This document shows, in pieces, positions 1-11,318 of a stretch of 64,000 bases of DNA. Origin of the DNA: the human T2T-CHM13v2.0 reference genome, Homo sapiens. A program made the position numbers and the translations under genes. Under the pieces are notes generated by a model. It had not been told where the DNA came from, ran no database searches, and saw only the letters and a list, made by a program, of their open reading frames with translations. Position 1 is the first letter of the stretch. Every line of letters starts with the position of its first letter. Location of the stretch: NCBI RefSeq assembly GCF_009914755.1, contig NC_060937.1; one strand, 5' to 3'.

Positions 1-127
1 TCCGTGAAACCAGTAAAAAATGTAGAAACTTAAACTTTAAATGTAAGTAAATATAATGATCAATAAAAATGTCTTTCACCATTTGTAAAGGAAAAAGATA
101 ACATGTCCCTACTTAATACCCACCTAA

Positions 128-625
128 GTGTGACTAAACATTAAGCAGGTTTGTTCCTGACTCTAGGCCCCTGACCACTTTTTCTTACAGCATTTAATTT
201 AGAAAATTCTCAATGGTAAATTATTTCTCTTCCTTTTGAGATATAATCTTTTTCCAGCCTTTTGCCAGTTATGTAACTCAGGAATGTGTTTCTCAAGGAC
301 CTGGGAAAAATTTCTTTGCAATGCAATTATCAAGAAATTAGTACCCCATCTTCTTAGTCTCTGTGAGACAGTATAAGTCTAACTTCTATAAGTACCAATA
401 AGCAAACACACTTGGCCTAATTACATTGACCAATCTCTCCTCTAATATCCTCCAGTAATTTTCCACTACCTCACCTCAGCACTCAATAACTCTTCCACCT
501 TTTGTTTTGTGGCATTGAATTCAATCTCTTCCCCCAAACCTTATTGCAATAGTCTTGATCTCTATTGCAATAGTCCTACATAAAGTTTTTCTTGCCTGTT
601 TAATACAATCAGGTACATTTTTTTA
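128..625 (+). mobile_element. ERV1-class solo LTR, MER31/MER67-like
   Basis: Blocks 'tttagaaaatt...ttttgagatataatc', 'tttctcaaggacctggg', 'agcaaacacacttggcctaattacattgacc' and 'ctattgcaatagtc...taaagtttttcttgcc' resemble MER4-group LTRs. Subfamily and boundaries are approximate. Confidence 0.6.
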
Positions 626-1287
626 ATCCACTTCCCTCTTTAAAAAAATTGTTTCCTTGAAGACATACTGAGTTAGAGTCCTTACTATAACCTGTGAAAT
701 AGAGATAAATCTCGCCAAGGATTAAGCTAGATATTCCAGGTTTTACAATGAAGCAATAGCTCCAAGTCGGCAGACTCAAAACCTCCAGCTATGTGAAAAT
801 GTATCACTAAAAGTGGCCCAGTGATATCTCACAACATGTAAAGGAAATTGTTAGGAGGTCTAATTCTTTAAGTTATTCTTTCTTCTGTTTGCTGTATAAA
901 ATGTGTAAGATTTTATCCTTAGTGTTACCTTTTGTGATCAATTACATTCATATAAATCTATTAAAGTTTACTGTGGTCAAAGGATAATGGAATTTCCTTA
1001 AAGTCCAAGCCCTAATACCCTGAACCTGTAAATATGTGCGTAGTAAAAAGGAATTTGCAGATGCATTTAAGTCAAGAATTTTAGGATGGGGAGTGTTTTA
1101 GTCCCTCTGCATTGCTATTAAGGAATACCTGAGAATAGGTAATTTATAAAAAAAGAGGCTTATTTTGGCTTACGGTTCTGCAGGCTCTACAGGAGGTGTG
1201 GTGCTGGCATCTATTCCTCGTTAGGGTCCTCAGGAATCCTACAATCATGGCGGAAGATGAAGGAGGACCAGGTGTATGACATGGTAA

Positions 1288-2554
1288 TGAGAGGTGACAG
1301 CCTGCCGGCAGCCCTCACAGCCCTCGCTCACTCTCAGCGCTTCCTTCGCCTCTGCGCCCACTCTGGCAGCGCTTGCGGCGCCCTTCAGCCCGCCGCTGCG
1401 CTGTGGGGCCCCTCTCTGGGGGCTGGCTGAGGCCAGAGCTGGCTCCCTCTGCTGGCGGGAGGTGTGGAGGGAGAGGCGCCGGCGGTAACCAGGGCTGCGT
1501 GCGGCGCTCGCGGTCCAGCGCGAGTTCCGGTTGGGGGTGGGCTCGTCGGGCCCCACACTCCGAGCGGCCGGCCGGTGCCCGCGCAGTGAGGGGCTTAGCA
1601 CCTGGGCGAGCAGCTGCAGAGGGGGCGCCAGGTCCCCCAGCACTGCCGGCCCGCCGTAGCCACGCTCGAATTCTTGCCAGCCTCAGCCGCCTTCTCGCGG
1701 GGCAGGTCTCAGGACCTGCAGCCCGCCAAGCCCGAGCCCCGCTGAGGTGGCCTCCTCCACGCGGCGCCCGGTCCCATCTACCGCCCAAGGGTGAGGAGTG
1801 CACGCGGGGAAGGGTGGGGCGGTGGGGGCGGGACTGGCGGGCAGCTCCACCCATGGCCCTGGCAGGGACCCGCTATGCGAAGCCAGCTGGGCTCCTGAGT
1901 CCGGTGGGGACTTGGAGAACTTTTATGTCTAGCTTAAGGTTTGTAAACACACCAATCAGCACTCCATGTGTCTAGCTCAAGGTTTGTAAACACACCCATC
2001 ATCACCCTGTGTCTAGCTCAAGGTTTGTAAATGCACCAATCACTGCTTTGTGTCTAGTTAATCTAGTGGGGACTTGGGGACCTTTTGTGTCTAGCTTGGG
2101 GATTGCAAATGCACCAATCAGCACCCTGCCAAAATGGGCCAATCAGCTCTCTGTAAAACAGACCAATCAGTTCTCTGTAAAATGGACCAATCAGCAGGAT
2201 GTGGGTGCGGCCAGATAAGGGAATAAAAGGTGCCCAAGCTAGCATTGGCAACCTGCTAGGGTCCACTTCCACAGTATGGAAGTTTTGTTCTTTCACTCTT
2301 TGCGATAAATCTTGCTGCTGCTGACTTTTTGGGTCCCCATTGCCTTTATGAGCTGTAGCACTCACAGCGAAAGTCTGCAGCTTCACTCCCGAGGCCAGCG
2401 AGATCACGAACCCACTGGGAGGAATGAACAACTCCCAACGGGAAGAATGAACGACTCCAGAAACGCTGCTTTAAGAGCTATAACACTCACCACGAGCGTC
2501 TGCGGCTTCATTCTTGAAGTCAGTGAGACAAAGAACCCACTAATTTCAGACACA
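1288..2554 (+). mobile_element. LTR12E-like (ERV9) solo LTR
   Basis: Starts TGAGAGGTGACAGC, has a GC/CpG-rich U3 and tandem 'tgtgtctagct..tttgtaaa..caccaatcagc' repeats, ends 'ttcagacaca'; 4-bp TSD GTAA at 1284-1287 and 2555-2558. Confidence 0.95.
1950..2230 (+). promoter_or_regulatory. LTR12 promoter: six CCAAT (NF-Y) boxes plus a TATA-like AATAAAA
   Basis: CCAAT at 1952, 2036, 2114, 2139, 2163 and 2187; AATAAAA at 2222-2228. This is the known ERV9 LTR promoter layout; activity is not shown. Confidence 0.65.
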
Positions 2555-3073
2555 GTAAGACAGGAAGCAGGAGAGAAAGAGGTGAGGAAGTTCTAGGCGC
2601 TTGTAAACAAGCAGATCTCATGTGAACCCATGGAGTGAGGCTCATTTGTTACTGCGAGGATGGTAGGAAGCCATTCATGAGGGACCTGACCCCATACCCA
2701 AACACTTTCCACTAGGCCTCACCTCCAACAGTGGAGATCATATGTCAACATGAGATTTGAAGAGGACAAACATTTAAACTGTATGAGGGAGAGTATGCTG
2801 AATCATCCAGGTGAGCCTAATGTAATCACAAACATCCTTCTAAGGAGAAGAGAGGCAAGATATTTAGAGTTGAAGGAATTAGTGACAAAAGCTGAGGTCT
2901 AGGTCTGTCAGTTCAGGAATGCGAACTCCTTTTGGAAATGGAAGAAAAACAATAAAGCAGATATTTCCAAAAACTGTACAGAAGGTACACAGCCCTGCCA
3001 ACATCTTGGTTTTAGGACTTCCAATATCCAAATCATTAAGTAAGTAAATTTATACAGTTTAAACCTCAGTTTG

Positions 3074-3390
3074 GGCCGGGCGCGGTGGCTCACGCCTGTA
3101 ATCCCAGCACTTTGGGAGGTCGAGGCGGGCGGATCACAAGGTCAGGAGATAGAGACCATCCTGGCTAACACGGTGAAACCCCGTCTCTACTAAAAACACA
3201 AAAAATTAGCCAGGCGTGGTGGTGGGCGCCTGTAGTCCGAGCTACTCAGGAGGCTGAGGCAGGAGAATGGCGTGAACCCGGCAGGCGGAGCTTGCAGTGA
3301 ACCAAGATCGCGCCATGGCACTCCAGCGTGGGTGACAGAGTGAAACTTCGTCTCAAAAAAAAAAAAAAAACAAAACAAACAAAAAAAAAA
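3074..3390 (+). mobile_element. AluY
   Basis: Diagnostic 'accatcctggctaacacggtg', 'gaatggcgtgaaccc' and 'gcggagcttgcagtg'; A tail; TSD aaacc(t/a)cagtttg at 3061-3073 and 3388-3400. Confidence 0.95.
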
Positions 3391-3570
3391 CCACAGTTTG
3401 GAGTAATTTCTTACAGGAATAGGAAACTAACATAATTATCCAATAATAAATTGTGTTCTTTTTCTCTTCTGTATTGATACAAAGGATTCTTTCTATTGGT
3501 AGCACTATTTTATTTTTATAACAGTACAGAAAATAGAAGCTGGATAATTATATGATGAATATAAAGAATA

Positions 3571-3852
3571 GCCAGGGCTCACATCTGTAATTCCCAGCAC
3601 TTTGGGAGGATGAGGCGGGCAGATCTCTTGAGCTAAGGAGTTTGACACCAGCCTGGGCAACATGGCGAAACCCCGTCTCTACAAAAAACTTAGCTGGGCA
3701 TGGTGGCACACGCCTGTATTTCTAGCTACTCAGGAGGCTGAGGTGGGAGGCTCACCTGAGCCCAGGAGACAGAGGTTTCTGTGAACTGAGATCACACCAT
3801 TGCACACCAGCCTTGGCAATAGAGTAAGACCCTGTCTCAGGGAAAAAAAGAG
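3571..3852 (+). mobile_element. AluJ (Jb-like)
   Basis: Dimeric Alu with J-type 'cttgagct..aggagtttga..ccagcctgggcaacatgg' and 'gaccctgtctc'. Confidence 0.88.
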
Positions 3853-3999
3853 AAATAGACTGAAAGCTCCTGTGAGGGTGATTCATCACTTCTTCAGTAA
3901 ATCAAATCTGAAGTTTCTAGTGTATTTTCTTAGTTGATGCATTTTTTAAAATTCTGTAGTAAATCCCGTTGCTAGACGAAGAGCTAACAAAAGATAGTG

Positions 4000-5995
4000 C
4001 TTTTAAATGAAATGTGTGCACTATTTTAATAAGAATGTTCATGATGAGCATGTCACTCCATAAAATATTTTTTGACAACAGCTGTTTACCATGGCAGATG
4101 GAGGTGGTGAAGATATCACTGAACTCATGAAACCATAGGAATCAAGTCTTCTGAAGTAGCACCATTATCAACTTCCACAGTGAGTATATACTCTAAAAAC
4201 ACAGTGATATTACATGTGCAGCTGCAGAAAACCATTCATATATTATCTTGATGATTATTTTGATCAAATGACTTTTCATCTAAATTAATTATAATAATTT
4301 TTATCAAAGTTTTCATGTGCACATAGAAGAGTGAATTGATATTTGTGAATGCATGAGTTGAACTGGCAGAAGAAAATATTTGCAAACAGTTAAAAGCTGA
4401 AAATTTTATACCAATATCATCTAATGCATTAAGTAGAAAATCAGCTAACTGCAAAAAATGATTCAAGTGTTTTCATTCAATTTAGGAACTCAAAGTAATG
4501 TTTTGAAAGTACATTTCAATAAGGTAGATTACATGACATTTTAAAGTATGTTATGATAAATCCAGTGAAAATTACATCAGTAATATTATATTTTTTCTTG
4601 ATAAAATGCATTGTGAATTTGGTAAAGCAAATGTCATTGTGGAAACAACATTTTCATAAGGCCAGAATTACCGTGCAATAAGTTGTAATAATTTAATCCA
4701 AACAAACTTTAATAGACTACCAGTTAAGAAGAAGCTGAAGTTATTAAATTTACACACACATACATGTCACATCACAACTTTTTAAAAATATGAGACTGAT
4801 GCCAATGCTAAATATACAAAATTACTCCAGTATGACAATATTTACTTTCTATTTCTGCTGCCCATTGTAAATTTGAATGTATAAACTTTTGAAGAAATGA
4901 TTATCTATAATGCTATTCAACACTTTTATTAATAGAGCTGATAAAATTGTGTTTATTTACTTGCATTTTGTCCCAAATTGACAAATAAATCTCCAGAATA
5001 TTCAACTCTTGGAAGCTTTCTAGTGAATTGCAGTTATTCAAAACAAACATGCAAACAAGAAGCGATTGTAGTTTATCCCACAAAAGCAAGACAAATCTAA
5101 ACAAATTTAGTGATGGGAAATTATTTAATTTGAAAATTATCTAATTGAACTTTAGAATATATGGACATGTGGGGAAAATCCATTTATTTCCTTAGGTCTT
5201 TAAGTGGATAAATTGATAATCCTTTACTGAATAAATTGAAAATGATAAAGTCAGCAATTTTGAATCATCTACATTTTGCAATATACTCTAAAATTTATAA
5301 ATAATGATAATTTACTTGATAAATTTTGTCATATAAAAACTATTTGCCAAATAAAGATTCTCGGAATCAGGGAGGGAAAACCCCCCAAAAAACTTGTATT
5401 TGTGAAAGTATTTGCACTGCAGTATTTACAGATCTCAATTAAAAATGGAATTGAGTAATTCTTGTTTTTAATCGAATTTATTCTGAGCATATAAAGTACC
5501 ACTCTTTATTTAGAAAAATATTTTTTTCAAAAAAATATTATTTTCTACAAAAAAGGTTAATTAAACTTTTAACTCTTTCAAAAATTTTAACCATAAAATA
5601 AATGATATAGAAACCTTTTGGCAATTATTTAAAAATTAATCAGAATTAGATCAGTTTGAAATGTAATTTGCTTTTAAAGAAAATGCTCTGAATATTAGAA
5701 ACAGCTAGGCTCATTAACTCATTAGAGAATGGAAATATATAGTAATAAATTACTTTTTAGGTTATCTTTTAATATTCAGATGGACAACATACTTTAGTCA
5801 GTCAATAAAACTTATCAAATGTGTTCATTTTATTACACCTTTTCAATCTAAAACAATTTCTGGTTTTGAAATTAAATATATTATCACTTCAATCACATCT
5901 TTGTCTTATTTGCATAAAGTAGGAGAGTGCAAGAGGTCTTGGCTCATATTACAAAATAGATGATTTTCCAGAAAGGGGTACAATTTATCACCTAG
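4000..5995 (+). mobile_element. hAT-Blackjack (BLACKJACK-like) DNA transposon fossil with degraded transposase
   Basis: 'gatcaaatgacttttcatctaaattaatt..aagttttcatgtgcac..gcagaagaa..aaacagttaa..tcatctaatgcattaagtagaaaatcag' matches recalled BLACKJACK transposase sequence; possible degenerate TIR 'atcaccta' near 5990. Boundaries are approximate. Confidence 0.65.
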
Positions 5996-7754
5996 GACCA
6001 CTCCCTTCCTTGACCCTTAGAATCTACCCTACTCTGTTTTTCCTGACTTCACAGATGATCTCCTGATCTCCCTTCATATTTACTTATTTCTGATAAAGAT
6101 TATGTGAATCTGTGCATATACTTTTTTATATATTTCCCCCCATACAATATGTTTAATTTCTCTATTTTTTTAATGTGTGCACGTGCACATGTTTATGAAT
6201 CTTTTGGTCGAATGGAGGTGGAGATTGTGGGCATGGCTTACAAATAAACAGTCATGTTGAATGGTCATTGTTGTGCTGTATTTAAAAAATTAGTAGAGAA
6301 TCCATATCATAGTGAAAGTGAGTTTTTCCTTCATGTATTTATCTTGGTCTTTTTCGCAAGCATACTTCCTTTACTTCTAGCGTCTGGTTTCTCCATTCAT
6401 TTCTATCCCTTCTGCAATGCTTCAAATACCTCCAGATGTTTCATTAGAGGTATAAACACAGTATGCAGAATATAGGAGATAAATTCTCATTAATTATAAC
6501 TAGCCCTTTTTATTTCGTATATAAAGAAATGTCATTTTAATTTAAATGTATTAAATGCAATTCTAAAAAAAAAAGTGCTTAGTGACGATAGAGTAAAAAA
6601 TACAGCCTCGAAGTTAGTCAAAAAGATTTTACAAGTATGTAGTACAATTTAAAAATTAAGTTGAATTAAATGATATCTCGGCAACTTGAAGCATTGCAAA
6701 GAATGGTTATAATATTTGACGTATTAACACATAATTATGAAAAGATTATGATTGTTACAATTCATAATTATTTTTGATGAGAATTATTGTATTTTATATC
6801 TACTATGGCTTTTAGTGTTGTAATCTTGAGAAAAAAAATTTAGACTGAATTACATTTTGCAAGAAAATATAAAATATACTCACAAACCTATACCACAGAA
6901 AAATAATTTAGACAGAATATTGACTAACATTTAAAAATCTTATACTACTCTTAAAAATGTGCATAGATCTCATAATGGCTCGTTCTTGAATTTTGCCAAA
7001 TAATAATGTAGGTAAAATCGGACTTTAGTAAATTATTTCTTATAAAATATATTTCAATATAGTAGTCATGTATTTGTGCTAATATGGAATTTCAAAAGAG
7101 TGAAAAGCTTTTAAAAAAAACCTAAAAGCTATTTTTTATACTTCCACTCTTCCCTAATTTGTTTTTAATGCCAAAAATGATTTTAGATAGCCTAAGCTAA
7201 ATGTTATCAGCGTTTATGTACAGAGCAATCTTCTTTCCCGTTTATATGAGTTTGAAATGCAGTAGAGAAAGAAGGAGGAAGCAGTACTTCGAGTACATAG
7301 GGCCACAAAAAAAAATCACAATCATGCAGGAAAAAAAAAATAATCAAAGTAATGATGCCGTCCAGTCTCTATCTTTCAAGTCTCCAGTTTCTCTCTGAAT
7401 TTCAGACTGTGAGACCATTCTGTCTTTCAGCTGAGCAATTACTCTGTCAGGGGGTATGTTCACCTAGGGTCAAGCCCTGCTGTGTGCATAGAGAAAAATC
7501 CCTGTAGAGATTCTTCTTTCAAAAAGTTTTACTCTACTTTTTGAATAAAAAAAAAAAACTGACAGTTATCTCAAGAGGATTTTCAGAGGAAAATATTTGA
7601 CCTATATTGCTTGAAAAATGTCACTTGAGGAAAAGAAATTAAAAAGTTATACTTCTCCAGGGTCTTTTTGAGCCCAAATATCTCACATTTTTGTGGATTG
7701 TTAGAGTCACCTAGAATTCCTTTGAGGTTGTATGGACATTTGTCTTCCAGATTA

Positions 7755-8130
7755 AGACAGAGAAAATTCATGCAATATTTGTTGTTCTGTAACTGGTTTA
7801 TTTTACCTAGCATAATGTCCTCCAGGTCTATTCATGTTGTCACATACTGCAGAATTTCTTTCTGTTTTATGGCTGAGTAGTATTTCATTGTATGTGTAGA
7901 CCACATTTTCTTTCCCCTTTTATGAATGAATGTTTAGGTTATTTCCACATCTTGGCTAGTGTGAATAACTCTGCAATGGACATGGGAGTGTAGCTATCTC
8001 TTCAAGATCCTTACTTCAGTTCTTTTGGATAAATACCCAGACATGAAATTACTGGATCATATGGTATATCTATTTTTAACTTTTTGAGGAATGTGCATGC
8101 TGCTATTAGTGGCTGCATCATTTTGCATTG
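7755..8130 (-). mobile_element. L1MB-like fragment (end of ORF2 and 3'UTR), antisense
   Basis: 'agcataatgtcctccaggtctattcatgttgtc', 'ggctgagtagtatttcattgtatg', 'ttggataaatacccag', 'tggatcatatggta'. Confidence 0.85.
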
Positions 8131-8238
8131 TTGGGCAAGCTTTTCAATTGGTCTGAAATGTATTGTTTCTTATGTATGAAATAAAATTAACAGACTCACC
8201 TACAGGATTATAGTAAGAATTAGATGAAACAATGCAAT
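8131..8238 (+). mobile_element. MIR fragment
   Basis: 'ttgggcaag...gtttcttatgtatgaaat...acctacaggattatagtaagaattagatgaaacaatgca' resembles the MIR core. Confidence 0.55.
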
Positions 8239-8254
8239 TTCCTAAACTTCTAGA

Positions 8255-8495
8255 TATTAAAATAGTTAATTACGTAGACTCAGAATAGAATGGTGGTTGC
8301 CAGGAATGGGAAAGAGGGGAAATGAGTAGTTACTAATCAAGGAGCATAGTTATGAATCAAGGAGCAAAATGAATATAATCTGGAGTTCTGCTGCACAATA
8401 TTGTACCCATATTCAACAATAATGCTTTACGCACTTAAAATTTGTTAAGAAGGTATATTTCATGTTAAGTGTTTTTATGACAATAAATTTTAAAA
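8255..8495 (+). mobile_element. L1MB-like 3' end
   Basis: 'tagaatggtggttgccagg', 'cacttaaaatttgttaagaaggtatatttcatgttaagtgtt..caataaa'. Confidence 0.8.
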
Positions 8496-8672
8496 GTTAA
8501 CTTACATTTAATAAAATGCACACATTTTAAACTTAACAAAAGAAGATTTAAAAAATCCTGAAGAATTCGACTTAAAAAGTTTTAACTTTGAACAACAGCA
8601 AAAATACCTATGAGGTACTCAGAAATCTAGCATCAAAAATTAATGATTTTTTAAAAATAAAAGCACATTCTA

Positions 8673-11253
8673 TGATATGGTTTGGCTGTGTCCCCACCCA
8701 AGTCTCATCTTGAAACGTAGCTCCCACAATTTACATGTGTTGTGGGAGGAACTTGGTGGGAGGTGATTAAATTATGAGGGTGGTTGTTTCCCATGCTGTT
8801 CTCATGAGATTGAATAAGTCTCACCAGATCTGATGGTTTTAAAAAGGAAAGTTTCCCTGCACAAAGTCTCTTCTCTGTCTGCCACCATGTGAGACATTCC
8901 TTTCACCTTCCACCATGATTGTGAGGCCTCTCTAGCCACAAGGAACTGTAAGTCCATTAAAATTTGTTTTCTTCCCAGTCTCAGGTACAGCTTTATCAGC
9001 AGCATGAAAATGGACTAATATAGTAAATTGTTACTAGGAGTGGTGTGTTGCTGAAAAGATACCTGAAAATATGGAAGCAACTTTGGAACTGAGTAACAGG
9101 CAAAGGGTGGAACAGTTTGGAGGGCTCAGAAGAAGACAGGAAAATGTGGAAAAGTTTGGAACTTCCTAGAGACTTGTTGACTGGCTTTGACAAAAATGTT
9201 GATAGTGATATGAACAATAAGGTCCAGGCTGATGTGGTCTCTGAAGGAAATGAACTTGTTGGCAACTGGAGCAAAGGTGATTCTTGTTAGCTTTTAGCAA
9301 AGAGACTGGTGGCATTTTTCCTCTGACCTAGAGCTTTGTGGATACCAGATTCAGGGTATCTGGTGGAAGAAATTTCTAAGCAGCAAAGCATTCAAGAAAT
9401 GACTTGGGTGCTGTTAAAAGCATTCAGTTTTAAAAGGGAAACAGAGCAAAACGTCTTGGAAAATATGCAGCCTGACAATGTGATAGAAAAGAAAATCCCA
9501 TTTTCTGAGTAGAAATTCAAGCCAGCTGCAGAAATTTGCATAAGTAACAAGGAGCTATATGTTAGTCACCAAGACAATGGGGAAAATGTCTCCAGGGCAC
9601 GTTAGAGGTCTTCATGGCAGCCCCTCTTATCACAGGCCTGGAGGCCTAGGAGGATAAAGTGGTTTTATGGGCCAGCCCCCAGGTCTCCATGCTATGTGCA
9701 GCCTAGAGACTTGGTGCCCTGCATCCCAGCTACTCCAGCCATGATGAAAGGGTCCAGTGTAGAGCTTGGGCATGGCTTCAGAAGGTGCAAACCCCAAGCC
9801 ATGGCAGCATCCATGTGGTGGTGTTCCTGTGGTGCACAGAAGTCAAGAATTGAGGTTTGAGAACCTTCACCTAGATTTCAGAGGATGTATGGAGACACCA
9901 GGATGTCCAGGCAGAAGATTGTTGCAGGGGCGGTGCTCTCATGGAGAACCTCTGCTAGGGCAGTGCAGAAGGGTGATGTGGGTGGGAGCCCCCACACAGA
10001 GTCCTTACTGGGGCACTGCCTAGTGGAGCTGTGTGAAGAGGGTCACTTCCCTCCAGACTCCAGAATGGTAGATCCATTGACAGCTTGCACCATCTGCCTA
10101 GAAAAGCCACATGCTCAACTCCAGCCTGTGAAAGCTGCCAGGAGGGAGGCTGTACTCTGCAGAGCCACAGGGGCAGAGCTCCCCAAGACCATGGGAACTC
10201 ACCTCTTGCATCACTGTGGCCCAGATGTGAGGCATGTGGTCAAAGGAGATCATTTTGGAACTTTAAGATGTGACTGCCATGCTGGATTTCAGACTTGCAT
10301 GGGGCCTATAGCCCCTTTGTTTTGGCCCATTTCTCCCATTTGGAACAGCTATATTTACCCAATACTTGTACCCCCATTGTATCTAGAAAGTGACTAACTT
10401 TCTTTTGAGTTTATAGGCTCATAGTTGGAAGGGACTTGTCTTGTCCCAGATGAGACTTTGGACTCTGGACTTTTTAGTTAATGGTGAAATAAGTTAAGAC
10501 TTTAGAGGACTGTTGGAAAAGCATGATTGGTTTTGAAATGTGAAGACATGAGATTTGGGAGAAGTTAGGGGTGGAATGATGTTGTTTGGCTGTGTCCCCA
10601 CCAAAATGTCATTTTGATTGTAACTCCTATAATTCCCAAGTGTCATGGGAGGAACCTAGTGGGAGGTGCTTGAATTATGGGAGCAGGTCTTTCCTGTGCT
10701 GTGCTCATGAGAGTGAATAAGTCTCACCAGATATGATGGCCTTGTTTTGTTTTGTTTTGTTTTGTTTTGTTCTGAGACAGAGTCTCACTCTGTCACCCAG
10801 GCTGGAATGCAGTGGCATGATCTTGGCTCACTGCAACCTCTGCCTCCTGGGTTCAAGTAATTCCCTTGCCTCAGCCTCCTGAGTAGCTGGGATTGAAGGC
10901 ATGCACCACCACACCTGGCTAATTTTAGTATTTTTAGCAGAGATGGGGTTTCACCATGTTGGTCAGGTTGGTCTCGATCTCCTGACCTCATGATCCACCC
11001 ACCTTGGCCTCCCAAAGTGCTGGGATTACAGGTGTGAGCCAATGCACCTGGCCCAGATCTGATGGTTTTAAAAAGGGAGAGTTTCCCTGCACAAGCTCTC
11101 TTCTCTTCTCTGCTACTGTGTGAGATGTGCCTTTCACCTTCCGCCATGATTGTGAGGCCTCCACATCCACAAGGAACTGTGAGTCCATTAAAGCTTGTTT
11201 TCTTCCCACTCTTGGGTATGTCTTTATCAGCAGCAAGAAAACGGACTAATACA
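8673..11253 (+). mobile_element. Full-length THE1B MaLR: 5'LTR 8673-9022, internal 9023-10576, 3'LTR 10577-11253 (contains an Alu)
   Basis: LTR termini 'tgatatggtttggctgtgtccccaccca' and 'ggactaataca'; THE1-int start 'gtaaattg..ag..gtgg..tgctgaaaagatacc' and purine tract 'ggggtggaa' before the 3'LTR. Confidence 0.93.
10741..11053 (-). mobile_element. AluSc-like element with (TTTTG)n tail, inserted in the THE1B 3'LTR
   Basis: 'ggtctcgatctcctgacctcatgatcc'; TSD cagat(a/c)tgatgg at 10728-10739 and 11054-11065; absent from the 5'LTR. Confidence 0.9.
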
Positions 11254-11318
11254 CTATATAATTGCATGCTACTTTTTTTATTTACAAATCTTTTGGCAAT
11301 ACAAATTTGTACAGGCCC

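Larger units (their letters stand above)
1094..2786 (-). mobile_element. MSTB MaLR solo LTR (1094-1287 and 2555-2786), interrupted by LTR12E
   Basis: Reverse-complement MST termini 'tgttttagtcc..gctattaaggaatacctgag' and 'gacaaacatttaaactgtatga'; 5-bp TSD GGGAG at 1089-1093 and 2787-2791. Confidence 0.88.
972..3434 (+). mobile_element. MLT1D-like MaLR solo LTR, split into 972-1093, 2787-3073 and 3391-3434 by insertions
   Basis: Start 'tgtggt..aataatgg..ctaatccc..gaacctgtaaatatg..tttgcagatg'; resumes 'atccaggtgagcctaatgtaatcaca'; ends 'gtaatttcttacag..ataggaaactaaca'. Confidence 0.8.

Noticed and set aside
541-578. Twice-repeated palindrome (c)tattgcaatag
   Set aside because: Small duplication of a motif in the LTR 3' region; no evidence of separate function.
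1245-2596. Overlapping 120-200 aa ORFs on both strands
   Set aside because: All lie within the GC-rich LTR12E; they are low-complexity Arg/Ala/Pro/Gly translations typical of stop-poor LTR sequence.
8668-11258. TSD for the first THE1B
   Set aside because: Flanks read TTCTA and CTATA, which is not a clean 5-bp match, so no TSD is claimed.
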